DNA from: Trichoplax adhaerens | Lineage: Eukaryota > Animalia > Placozoa | NCBI RefSeq assembly: GCF_000150275.1 | Contig: NW_002060945.1 | Span: 2,999,172 to 3,063,171 of the forward strand | Length of the DNA stretch: 64,000 nt | Direction of reading: 5' to 3' | Part shown: piece after piece, positions 23,021-36,500 of the stretch | Layout: each line of letters starts with the position of its first letter | Numbering within the stretch: position 1 is the stretch's first letter | The notes under the pieces: generated by a model | What the model was told of the DNA's origin: nothing | The model's input: the letters and a program-made list of their open reading frames with translations, nothing else | Databases searched by the model: none | Translations under genes and position numbers: made by a program

Positions 23021-25834
23021 TCATGCTTTGAGGTGACGTTCACTATGCAATTCTAGTCGCTGAACTAGTATTTTGCAATCATGATTGCGTATGCGAATTA
23101 AAAATGTAGAGACTCCAGTGTTTGGTGAACACTTCCTAATATCGTCATATAATAAATTACAGCCGAGCTCACTATTAAAATAACGTAACATCTGTCGAAT
23201 AAGGCCTCCGTGTGTGGTTATTAAGATACTTGCGTTTACTTGCATGACTTGATCAGAATGATTAACATCATTTTTACAGTCAACTATCGGAAGCAAAGTT
23301 TCATTTGAAGTAGCAAAATCCATCAAAGCCTTAAAAAGGTGATTGTAAAAAGAAACTACCCTACTATATAAATCCTTCGTATCTTCAGCGTCTGGACCGT
23401 CTTTTATATTTTCCATACCAATATGTTTCCGTTTGCAAACTTTTCGTAATTCAGAGAATGTTATACCCTCGTGCACTCCATAATTCTATTAACGAAATGT
23501 TATAAGAATTCGTATCACAGCCTTTTAAAGCATCATCTAAAAACTTCAATCGAAGCACTACTTGAAATGTAAACATCAATGTCCACTATTGGATCATTAC
23601 AGCCCATAGTACAGTAAGTTGCTTCAAGACAGAATGTATTTGACATCTGTCAAGAACCCAAATACATTTTACGATTAAATTACATTGTCATAGTGTACTG
23701 ATTCGAAGTAAATATTATAAGGCTTAGAATATAGTCATTTCTTTATCCATCCTAAACTGTATGACATATTATAAACGTGCCACTTTGATCAAATCACCGT
23801 ATCATAATGAAATTACCAGAGGCAACAAGGTAGTACAGTACTAACATCTGAGCGTACAGTATTAGATATAATATGAAATGTAATAATCAATATCATGATT
23901 ATTCAAATGCTACGGTACCTCCGAGTAGTGATGAAACCTTTTTAAGTTTGATAATGATGATTTTACTGATGGAGAAGCACTTTTATCTCTAACACAAACG
24001 GAATTGTAATGATACCATTTATGAAATACTTTAAGTTTGCTAACACCTATGATGGATCTGTTACAGTACATAGAAGAGATCTGCGCAATATTTATATGAT
24101 CATGTAGTTAGCAGAGAAGCTAAGAATCCTTCATATTACTCACGTACCCTTTCTCTTAACCTCCTATCTTCAATTACTTCGACATCGCTGATATTTGCTA
24201 AAACCACAGCGTCCATAGTCTTTCGCCACGCATGTGTGTTGGAAATAGTGCATTATTATTTTTTAAATAAACTCTTAAGTGGCATAATAAAGATAAATGT
24301 CACTTAATCAGGTGACTATAATTTCATAAAAATATATGTATACTGTAAGTAATAGCTTTGTATGGCGTACTGCGTTAATCTATTTCAGTCACCAGAATAC
24401 AAGCTTTATATATTATGATGCTTCCATCCCACTGCATCTTTGTGTTTCCTTAAGCTTTACTGAATTTTTATAGGAAAAAACTGCTGTCAAACTTATTGAT
24501 ACTGTAATTACAAGGGCACAAGGCTCCCTATTCCCTAACATCTGGACGAAACATTGATAACAATGGATAGCATGTGAAGTATACTGTACTGTACAGTATT
24601 AATAAAAATTTTTGTATACTTCGCAGAGACTGTCTTACCGATACATTATGGAGGATAGTTTCAGCCAAGGTTATTTAGACAGGTGTGGTTATTGTATTGT
24701 ACATCATTTATCATGCAGTATAGAAACGATAAATCTATAAATACTTGCATGACTTGCTTCAGTAAAATAACAACTTACTGTATGTAGAAGATTGGAAAGT
24801 GCTGCACTCACTACTGTACTTATATGGGTATACTTTACAGTATCTTTTATGCTTACAGTTCACTTCAACAAAGTTGCAAAACGAAAATTTAGCCACAGAC
24901 CTGAACTATGCAATCAGAATATAATACTGTATCATAGAAATACTGATCAAGTCAGCACAACAATATTCTATGTAATTTTCAGATACAGTACAGTACCTGC
25001 CTGGCTCGTTTCAGGTCACTGCTAAACAAGTGAGTAAATTTCGAGCCACTTAATCTTTTCCCGAGTAAATCAGCTTGTTGGCGTCCTATATTAGACAACG
25101 GACAATCTGTGTGCCCTAAAAATCCATCAATGCGTATTGAAGTAAAAATTATTGATAAAGCATTCCATCGATAATACGTATACGTCTCGTACGAGTAATT
25201 AATGAATTAAATAAGGGGTCTTGGCCTTGCAACAGTACAGTACACCATTGTCGTGCAAGTTGCAACTAGTTGGCTAACAAAAAGAATTACGGCGAAGGTA
25301 CGTATTACTTTAAATGATCAGTTAAAAATTTTGTGATTTATTTATTATCAAGCATTTCGGTGATACGATAATGCCTATTTCAAGCAGTACATAAATGATT
25401 ATATACAGTAAAGTAGTATCGCATTTAGCACTAGCGTTAATGCGAGTACTTAACAGAGAAGGCCATTAACTATACTCATCGCAGAGAAATTTTACGTATA
25501 CTGAATACACGATGATATGCTGCTGTATATGGAGATGTACACAGTACAGTGCATATTACTGTGGACTATTAGAAGAAGACCAGGTATTCTTGTAATGATC
25601 TATAATCATAATTTATTAATACAATTATAATAGGAATATCTTCATTGATTGAACATGATAAACATTTTCAATAAATAAGGTCAAGATTAAACGAAGACAA
25701 TTAGCCTAATTGAAATCGAAATCTTTTTCAGTTAATTTTCTAATTCTATCGTTCCAACCTTGTATGATGCCTCGACTATTGGCTTCAGTCTCTCCATGAC
25801 GAACTACCGTCAATTTAAATACTCTTTCCGCCAT
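23021..25834 (-). CDS. TIGAR: TIGAR-like fructose-2,6-bisphosphatase (histidine phosphatase branch 1)
   Basis: Four exons (about 25834-25758, 25110-24997, 24220-24148, 23487-23021): MAERVFKLTVVRHGETEANSRGIIQG / HTDCPLSNIGRQQADLLG..FSSDLKRARQT / RLRERNYGVHEG / ILITTHGGLIR..SPNTGVS. The RHG motif and the second catalytic His are present. Confidence 0.88.
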
Positions 25835-25914
25835 GAAGTGATTGCTACTCTTTTATTCAAAACTTGGTTTTGAATAACCAAATTTGAAGAACTTCAAATC
25901 CCACTGCACTCCTC

Positions 25915-27360
25915 AAATGTACTGTACGTACAGTACTGTACCTATTGTTGCGGTTTTATCATACTGTACTGTACAGTATCGTACTCACTGTATGAACATA
26001 ACAAACTACAGTATAGCTTTGCATATGCAGTACTGTACAGTAAATACCAGTGTAATGCATGACTGTCATATTGTACAGTACGGTATTGAACAATTAAACT
26101 TGAACAATACTGTATCAATGTACTGTACAGTGTATACTGTATTTGATCATGCGTACGCTGTAGAATTTAGATAATGATATCAGCAAAAACTAGATTAACA
26201 GCTTTAGTACGAGGAAAAAAGAGTGTCCAAAAATCTAGACACACTTTTCATATAAAGCCAAATGTGTCCAGACTTTCCGGACGCCCTTGTACTCTACTGT
26301 ACTATACAGTACAGTACACTGTATGTACAGTACAGTACAGTACAGTGCCTAAATATGGTTTCGACGGCGGATTGTATCAGGCCATAGAGATATCTTCTAT
26401 CTCTCATACGACTCAGGCAGTCACACTTTGGCTACACCCTGTGTCACAGCCAGTGACTGACACGTATTGAGTTACTGTAAAAGCTTACTGTACAGTACTG
26501 TACAGTACTGTACTGTTAGCACTTTGCAAATGTGGCACTATCCCTGGAATATTAGGTTGCCATGGAGGTGCCTCCACGGTAGTGTTGTTATGTTAGCGTA
26601 CCACCCAGTGCAGCGTGAGGTTTACTTTCGGCAGTATGGTTCATCTTAATGACAGTACACTGACAGCACAAAAGCGATGCAGTCGTTGAGGAAAGAAACA
26701 ACATGGATACAGCACAGTACAGTTCAGTACAGTATGTACAATACGTACGTACAGTAAGTACTACTAACATTAATTAATTAATTATATATATTATGCAGCA
26801 TGTTTTCCAGCGAAAAGAAAAGTGAGTGTTAACCAGACTAGAGGAAAAAAAACCATCAAGTGTACAGTGTACAGTACACTGTACACTGTACTGTAAGTCT
26901 GGTACAGTGTCCGAGACCGCATGGTCACTGGTCATTCATAGTTTTTTCTCTTAACCTCTACAGTATGCCATACAGTACAGTACTATGGTAGATTTTCGAT
27001 TGAATCTACAGTACTGTACAGTACAGTACGGTAGCCCAAAAGGGATAACTTTACTGTACAGTACAGTGCAAATTCTACCGTGTACTGTAGAATTCGACAG
27101 CACGACACAGTGAAAATTCTACGAATAGTGTACAGTACAGTAGAATCCCACTCAGAGTACAGTACCAAAAGGGACAACTTTTTTTTACAGAGCAGAATCA
27201 GTACGTGTTGTACTGTACTGTTGTGAAAAAAGAATTTCTATACTGCATACTGTAGTACAGTACAGTACTGTACAGTACTATACTGTTACAGTAGATTGCA
27301 AGTTCTACAGTACCATACACTACTGTACTACAGTGTACTGTACTGTACTGTACGGTACCA
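25915..27360. promoter_or_regulatory. Head-to-head TIGAR/SND1 intergenic region filled with GTAC-island repeats (putative bidirectional promoter)
   Basis: Divergent ATGs at 25834(-) and 27576(+). The interval holds (TACAGTACTG)n tracts (e.g. 26486-26515), palindromes and direct repeats. Confidence 0.65.
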
Positions 27361-27575
27361 TGGCAAGAAGATATGCACAAAACTTTGCCCATGTGACCTT
27401 GTCGGCCTTTTTCCCATTCCATTTAACCTACACTCACTAACAGTGAATAAAATAACTCCATTGCATAGGAGATTATCTCCACGAGACATCTCCTATTCGT
27501 CAATCTAAGAATTCGAACCGTTCCGTGCTCTTGAAGCGTTCTCTTCTTCTTTCTACTCTATTTGATTTTGGTATC

Positions 27576-30500
27576 ATGGCTCAAGCGCCAAGTTATCAGA
27601 GTGCCATTGTCAAACAGGTTAGTTCAGTAGGATGTCATTTCCTTACAAGTCGTATAAATGCAACACTGTGGACTGACATAGGCTTAAAAAGACTTGAAAA
27701 CCACAGCAAATGATATCAACTTAGTCAAAGTAATCAACCATATTAGCCAGCCATGTTCTACTTGATACAACATGGATGAGCAATGAGCGTTGGTAGTCGA
27801 TTTTGGACACCTGTATGTATTTATAACTTTGATACTTTACTGTGCCGCTCACACATTTAGGTATGGGTATGCGTTATCATCGTAAAATCATTGAAAATTT
27901 CATTTAATCTACGGGCTTACTCCAGTCTCCACCAGCCGAGATCTGCCCGGTTAAAACTCTACTGAGTGTACAGTACAGTACTATAGTGCAGTATAGTACA
28001 AGCAGTATTCTACAGTAGTCGTAAAAATGGACTGTAATTGATACTGTACCACATTGCAATTTAGCACCCTTTTGCTAATGGACTTCAATGTACTGGATAG
28101 TTCTAATGGTTCTACTTTGTTACTGACTCTTTTCACTGTCATCCTTTTCCTTCAAAAACAAGTCTATACTGTATATATATAAAGAGCCAAATTGACGCAT
28201 ACAATGTCGTGACTGTGATCGAATTGTTTTAATTGCAACACCAAAACTGTATAGAACCTAATCGTCACAGTGACAGCACATGTACTCGTATTGATCTCTC
28301 ACTAAACCATTGGATTTGATGATGCGTTTCGTCCTAGTCCACAATCCCTCTCTTTCTTTCAACACTTTCCCAGTGGCTGAATTGTAGTGTGCTAATGTCT
28401 ATTTACCAAGTGGAAGTCCAATCACATATCATTTGTCATTACCGAATGAAATGTGGAAGTCAAAATTGGAACCTGAATCAGGGACTGATGCGACAGCCAT
28501 AGTCCTAAGGCAACTGTACTATGCGATTGCGTATCAGTTTGCACATGTCACGACAACAATTTGTATGGCAATGCCCGCAAAGTCATCGCAGTGGAAGGAG
28601 GATTATTGAGCTCATTTTCTTCATTATGTTGATGCACAGTACAGTAATCGCCAAAAGCATAAAAGTACACATGGATCAGCCAAGTACAGTAAATAGGACC
28701 ACAGATATGATCTGGTTCCAGTGTTCACTCTTAAACAATGCACTTTCTAATACACTAAATACTTACATGTACTGTATACGAGCAAGTGGGAACTTGATGT
28801 TGGAAAGTTTTGTTGAAATTCAACAAAAGCCTTTTTTCTTTCGCCTTCCAAGATCAAGAACTAGTGAATACTCTCTAGTAAAGTGTAATGTACATGTAGT
28901 AGAACGAATTTTATTTAGGTGATCTCTAACTGAAATTTCTAAGTAAGTTCAGTAGTCTAGCCAATCGTAAGATTATCTATTTTCGAAGATTGGCCTTAAG
29001 TCATTCGTACCAAATGGCCAACATGTACACATTGTAAATTACAGCATTACCCTGCTCTTATCGAAATTCTACTCACTCTTTGTCTTGTCTATTATGATCA
29101 TTTTGGGATGTTTAATTTTCACTCACTCACTATAAGAAATTAGCATTTCACAGAGCTTTACGACAGAGAGCAGACATTGCATGTTGCACTTCAACTTTTC
29201 AAAATTGTACAACTGCAATGCTACAAGTATACAAGTATGATCACCGCCTGTTTACCATTAGTAGCCACTAATATAAATCTAAATTTTTAATGAGGCTATC
29301 AAATCTCATGATTCCTATACTAAACCAAAATGCTATTAGACACGCGCTCAATATACTCGTACTACAATGTACATGAGTAAATTGTAGCACTTGCCACTTT
29401 ACAGTGCTCCTTCAATTGCCAATTTTATGCTTTCTTAACATTATGATGCTTTATTACCAGCATCATGCAAGGACGAAAACAGATAAAAGTTTTTCCCATT
29501 TATATCGTAAACAAAACAAAATGGAGTCTTTTCTAATTTTCATGTTGTACCGTACCTTACAGGATTATTACTATAGTAGTAATTTGGAATCAAAAACTTC
29601 ATTTATTTCAACTACTGAAATGGCTAATAAAACAGTGACATGTGACAATTTTTATGTCGAAGATGAAACGGGTTGCGTCCTAATGTCGTATAAAAAATGA
29701 AGTTTGTAGATGTCATAGTTCGAGTATCTACTTCAGGGACAAAAAAAATAACCATATTCTTTTAGTCCCGTAGTCCCTGATTAGTAATATGAGTACTGTA
29801 GTGAGTTCAAATGACTGTGACGACATTTTTTAGTTCTTTGCTTAGAGATACACGAAAACCTAGTACATGGCACAATAAAACGTTAAAGATGTTTCATATA
29901 TTCTACGTATGTACGCGTATACGCGTCGTATGGTTGTCAGTTAAGCGAAAGTTAAATATCGAATACTACTGCAAGTCTTTAGAAAAGATTAGAGGCCTTA
30001 TTGAACACTGCTAAATCTGACAGTTAATATTACAGGCAATATTAAACATTGAACATGCTTGCTATTCTACTGGCGATAAATACCTAGTATTGATTTATTG
30101 AAATAGCCTTTCTTGGATTAGAGCGTTTACTTTATTCAAAGATCACAATACATGACCTTAAAATTAATCGTTAACCTTTACCAATTGTACTTAGCCTGCT
30201 ATGAAAGAATCCTACCACTCATTTTTTTATAGACAATATATCATTGCTGATTTCAAGCAGGTTACAATTTAAAGACTCGATTTATAATCTACTGATAAAT
30301 GTTGCTGTCATTCAGATGCTGAGCATTGACATATCCTGATTAGGAATCCATCACTTTATGATCCTATTAGAAATCTACTGTTACTAATTAATTAAACTGT
30401 ATAGGCTCGAGTTCATTAAATGCACTCATTCAGACATTATTGTAATATAATATAATAGGATGAAGGTAGCTGTCGCAGATAGAAATCATTGCATGTAGTT

Positions 30501-33500
30501 TTACTGTTCGAGAAGTTCAAAGTATCGTATTTAATCTTATTTTTTTGTGAAGTCTTTAAATCCTTCGATCAATTTGATCTCAATTTCGAAACAAGTTTTG
30601 GCTAATTATTGAAATGCACATGCGACGTGATGCTATTAACTTACAACTGAGCTACACTTACTGTAACCGAAATATTGGCAAGTCTTGTACTCATTACACT
30701 GTTATTATCGATATTTGATTAGAATTTCTGAATTTACAATGACTAGTGTACTTGCACGCTAGCAACAATAACTTTAATTTTCAATTAATATTCGATATGC
30801 ACTCACTATGCTCCTATCAATTTAAAGCAGAAACTCTTTATAAAAATGAATCTCATGTTCCTTATTGTATAGCTACTGAATGGCATTGAGAGACTAGGGT
30901 GCTGTGATATATAGCAACTGTTTCATGAATTGATTTATTAATTAATTATATTATTAATAATAGTGTCGCGATGGAAGAATGGTGTAGTATACAGGATCTA
31001 GCGTACACTCGTATATAGATTACGTTAAATTTTAGTAATCCATGGTTGTACATTATATATAGTATATTATCATTAAACGTCACATCTGCTAGACTTACCG
31101 GCTACTAACAGACTACTAAGACTAAGCGAACATTTATGCTGTTTCGCTAATGTTGCACTCGTCTAATAACAAATAATATTGAATGCGGCTACTTACCTTC
31201 TGTACTGTGCACTCACTGTACCAGTCCACACTGTAAAGAGACATTTAACGATATTATTAACGTATACAGTATGCTATATATAACTATACGATAGTTTCAT
31301 CAACGTGAAATAATCAATAGATCGGCCTTGAAAAAAAGTTACTGAGAAAAGATACTAATGTTAATACAGAATACGGATATGCAAGATACTAACATGATGT
31401 TTATTGTATGAATGAGCGAGTGTACATATAAAACAGGACTAAAAAAGAAACTGCAAATAAAATAAATGAAAATAGTTTTTTATTTACATTAAAGATTCAT
31501 TATGCTGTACTTCAGTCATATCCGCAAATCTCCATAGAGATACAGATGATCTATACAGTACTTGAAATAAGATAACTAAGTAATTTAGGTTAAATCTAAT
31601 ATACTGATGCATGCCATTCATTGATTTCTAGGTACTAGCTGGTGATTCAATAATTGTACGCGATCAACCACGTGGTGGTCCTCCACCTGAAAGACAATTA
31701 AATCTATCCGGCATAACTGCCCCAAGATTAGGTCGCCGAAGTGGCGATGGAAAGCAAGACCAAAAAGATCAGGTAAACTCTTCAAGTACACACACCACTA
31801 ATATTAATTCGGCACGATTTTATACCTATGTACGATACAGTACGTTATAGTGTTCTGCGTATGGCTAACTTCTGTGTCATAGTTATATTTAACAATTTAT
31901 TTATTTATACAGGTACAGTATGATGCCAATAGTGAATCCAAATATTATAAATTTAGTAATCTACAATACTGTAGTTTTTTAATTTTGTATAATGCAAAAG
32001 GTCTGAATGAATACAGTACAGTACACTGCCAGTCTACTAATTAACTGCTTGATCGATTTTATGCAATGTAGTATACGATTTCGGTGATAGCGTACTGTAG
32101 AATGAGCAGAAAAATAACAGGCCTATCTTATTTTACACTAAACTGCCACTTCTCGTCCGTATCTCTTTCTAGTACAGTAGTCTTTATCCCTGATATGCTC
32201 AGAGACTACAGCATGTGATGATATGATATACTTATATTCTCTTGTACCGTCTGTCGATACAACGCATCTCCATGGTGTCGCAGTCTTTGCACGTTTATAA
32301 TTTTATAATAATCAAGATTTTAAGCACTGTATGCATATGAGTAAAGCATAGCGTCTTCTTCTTTATGGAGACTAAAATGTCCTTATGAGTGAGTCATATA
32401 AAACAGGGTAGGGTAAAACCGTACCTTTTAAGATTTTGAAATTGAATGGCGTAAAATTGAGCCATGTCATGTTAAATCGGTACACGTACCCTTGTGTGTT
32501 GCTTGTTTTATATTCATTTACTGAAGACCTTTTAAATTTTCTTATTATGCTACTATTCTAGCCATATGCTTGGGAAAGTCGTGAATTTTTAAGAAAGAAA
32601 CTCGTTGGCCGCAAAGTTTCATTTTATGTTGACTATAAAGTCCCATCAACTGGACGCGAGTATGCGGTGGTACTTTTAGGGCATGGTATGACATTAATTT
32701 CATTTGCTGTACTGTAATCGACCTTCTTTAGTGCTCAAAGTATAAATTTATTAAATAAACAAAGAACTTATTTAATCCAAAAATGAAAATGTTCACTTAG
32801 TCTACAATGGTCAACAACAGAAATTTGATAGCTCGTAAACCTTTACCGAAATCCTATGATAATAGCACTTTATGTATACTCTTTATTAGAAAATATTGCT
32901 GATCTTATAGTCGCTGAAGGGTTAGCAACTGTCAGAAAAGCAGGAGGAAAAGCGAGCGAGTAAGAACTAGAGTATTTAAAATAACTATAATTTTTGATTT
33001 TTATGCACATTGATACTATGACAGTATACTTACTAGATTTATTATGATATCCCATGTATGTATTATTATCAATCTTTGCTGTTTTATCACTGTAATTTAA
33101 TTATTATGTACCAAAGTATTTCTTATTCTGCAAATATCTCATCAATGCCTTAGAGAGCAAACTAGATTAAGCGCTATTGAAGAAATCGCACGCGCAAGTA
33201 AAAAAGGTGTTCATAATGATGAGGAAGAAAGCAAGGTAAATCTGACCACATTAGGATTAACTTTAGCATTTTATATTTCATAGCAATCTAGAATAATAAT
33301 GCGCGTTACAAGTATATTGTATACATGATTTATTAACGTAATACAAATGTACCAATTTCAGAATATCAGAGATGTTAAATGGAATATCAGCAACGCTAAT
33401 CGTTTCCTTGAGCAAAATAAAGGAAAAGAATTTAACGGTATAATCAAAATTGAACTCTTAAGTTACGGCTTCGATTGGCTGCTTTTATCTCATGTTGTAA

Positions 33501-36500
33501 CTAAAGTGTTAAAAAGAAATTATTAAATCTAAACCATTGTAATTGTACTTATGCTTGTAGCTATTATCGAACATGTTCGAGATGGTTCAACCGTTCGCGC
33601 TTTTCTCGAGGCTGACCACCAGTATATAACAATACTGATGTCAGGTATCAAGGTACGTATTACATTCTTTCAAAAATTTTTAGCAGTTCGTAAGTAACGC
33701 TTCGCTCAAGATTCTTTACGTATTTACAGTGTCCAAGCTTCAAGAGAGATAGCAACAAAGAAGTAGCGGAATCATTTGCTGAGGAGGTGAGTATCTTAAT
33801 AGTGAAAATAAAGTATCAATAATAATCTAAAACTGAATTTATGTTCTATTACTCTAAGGCTAAATTCTTCACAGAATCAAGGATATTACAAAGGGATGTG
33901 AAAGTAACTCTTGAAGGTATAAAAATTTTAAATCATTTTCTTTGTATACTTTCACAACTACATCACATCGATTAATCGTTACGATTGATTAATTGTTGCT
34001 CAAAGGTATTTCTAATCAGAATTTCATTGGGACGATCAATCATCCGGTAATCATGCCTTAAAATCTCTTTGCTATAATTTTTGTATTTCGTCTATTAATT
34101 AACAATCTCATCAATTGCAATAAATCTAATTATCTCATAATCATCACTATTTAATGCTGTCGTAGAACGGCAATATAGCGGAATTTCTACTACGTGAAGG
34201 ACTTGCGCGATGTATAGATTGGAGTATGGCTGTTATGAGCACTGGTAAGGAGAAGCTACGTGCAGCAGAAAAGTAAGTCCTGTAATACACCGGCTAGATA
34301 TCAATCATTGCAATTTAACGTATGGATGGTTTAACGAAAACAATATAATATACGTTATCAGGCAAGCTAAAGGAAAACACGCCAGGATATGGAAGTCTTA
34401 TAAGCCTTCGGTGTCTAGCGTCAACGCTAATGAAAAGGAATTTTCTGCTAAGGTATGGTATACGATTACACCACAAACCTAAAACTTTATTAAATCATTA
34501 CATAAATACCTTATTTTGTTTCACCTCTCATATTAAGGTAATGGAAATAGTAAATGCAGACACAATTGTGGTGAAATTAGCGGATAACACAACCAAAAAA
34601 ATCACATTCTCTAGCCTGCGTCCTCCTAGGTAGCCATTAACGTATTTATTAATACTGTATGTGTTATATAGTGTATATTATCGAAACATATCTTACTTAG
34701 CAGCTTGATATTCTCTATTACCGTTATTCTTGTGATGCAACAATGTAGCAAATTATCAACTTTCAATATGCGTATAAGCGTATTCAGCATTTTATTTAAG
34801 TACTATTCAAAATTTTTTAGAATGCCCGCAAAAGATACTGAAAATGCTCCGGTAATCATCAAAATTACAACTTTTGACACCTTAACCAAGACCCAATTAA
34901 TAGTTAACTTACAAAAACATTTTTTAATCAGGACAAAAAGAAAATAAGACCACTATACGATATACCGTATATGTTTGAAGCACGCGAATTTCTCAGAAAG
35001 AAACTTATCCACAAAAAGGCATGAGATCATTAGATAAAAATTTGAAATTTTTGAAATTTTCTTTGTTTGCCATCACGTACTCGATTAATTAGCCATGCTA
35101 AAACCATAATAATTATTTCGTCTTTCTTGAAAAGGTAAATATTATTGTGGACTATATCAAACCTGCAAACGACGGTTATCCTGAAAAAACTTGTGCAACG
35201 GTCATGATCGGAGATATGTAAGATTGATTTCTAGAATGATTGCTACGGCATAAAGATTAAATCTAACAGTATTTAAATAAAGTTTTGATAAATTTCAATT
35301 TTTAATTTTAATTCATAATAAATATTATATTCTAGTAATGTAGCTGAAGCTCTAATCGGAAAAGGCTATGCAACGGTACTCCGTCACAGAAGTGATGATG
35401 AACAGCGTTCTTTGCGCTACGATGATTTATTCTCCGCCGAAATGAGGTAACATCTATTTTGTTCTATCTAACCTTTAAATGCACAGAGACATTTCAATTT
35501 CAATTTGCCAATGATACAATCTCTATGAAATTCTTATAGAGCACAGAAAGGTAGCAAAGGCCTTCACAGTAAAAATGAATCATCCGCACTCCGCATTGCC
35601 GACGTCTCTGGAGTAAGATACAGCGATATTACAAACACTAATATACCCACATTGTAATTAATTTACTAATACCTTTCTCTCTGCCACTAGGATTTGGCAA
35701 AGGCCAAGCAATTCTTGCCATTTTTGCAGCGTGCTGGACGATCTTCTGGTGTTGTAGAGGTGATTAATTTCTAGAGAATGATATCACATTGATGCAAAGA
35801 TTCTTTTGGACTAATAACTGCTAAATTGAACATTAATCAGTTTATTGCAAGTGGATCACGTCTACGTGTCTTCATTCCAAAAGAAACATGTTTAATAACA
35901 GTATTACTCGCAGGTTAGTGTCACTCAGAAAATCTATCGATGACTATCGCGGTGTTAATAATTGAAACTAGAAGAAGTTTATAGTTCGCTACTTGCCGTA
36001 AACGCATGCAGTTTTGCTATGTTATCAGTTTCCAATCATAGGAGCGTTGTAGCTTGTTTTTGATTAATTCCGTATGCTCGTCATTTTGAAAAGGTATATC
36101 GTGTCCAAAAACAAAGTCTCAACGTAGCCAAGCAGAGCCGTATGGCGAAGCAGCTTTGGAATATACTAAAAGCCTTTGTATGCAAAGAGATGTAAGTATG
36201 AATCATGATTTTTAAACAACGTTACTTATTTCTTTACTTAACTCTTAACTTAAGCTATAATTATTTATTTCTTTTGTATATTTTCTCAATTAGGTGAAAA
36301 TTGAGGTTGACGGTACGGATAGGGCTGGTAACTTTATTGGATGGATTTTTGTTGACAGCTTAAATATTTCAGTAGAACTTGTCAAGGTAATAACAATTTT
36401 GCTTAGTTGCATAATAGAATCTTTCAGTGGAATACACTACACTATGTACTAAGTTAATTCAAATATTTTTATTCGATAATTAAAGAACGGCCTAGCTAAA

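Noticed and set aside
27063-27146. AAATTCTAC...GTAGAAT hairpins resembling Cas12a CRISPR repeats
   Set aside because: Only two imperfect copies, no unique spacers of regular length, no cas genes, and a eukaryotic intron-rich context
25884-27508. Many 60-100 aa ORFs rich in YCTV/QYST (also at 18436-18805 and 21239-21547)
   Set aside because: They are translations of stop-poor GTAC repeats, open on both strands, with no protein-like features
28316-28380. Box C/D-like TGATGA...CTGA on + strand, and GGACGAAAC hammerhead-like half on - strand, in SND1 intron 1
   Set aside because: No terminal stem or recognisable rRNA-complementary guide; no CTGANGA partner for a hammerhead
32405-32492. Possible MITE with GGGTA..GTACC / GGTAC..TACCC ends in SND1 intron 2
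   Set aside because: Inverted ends are too degenerate, there is no target-site duplication, and there is no second copy in the window
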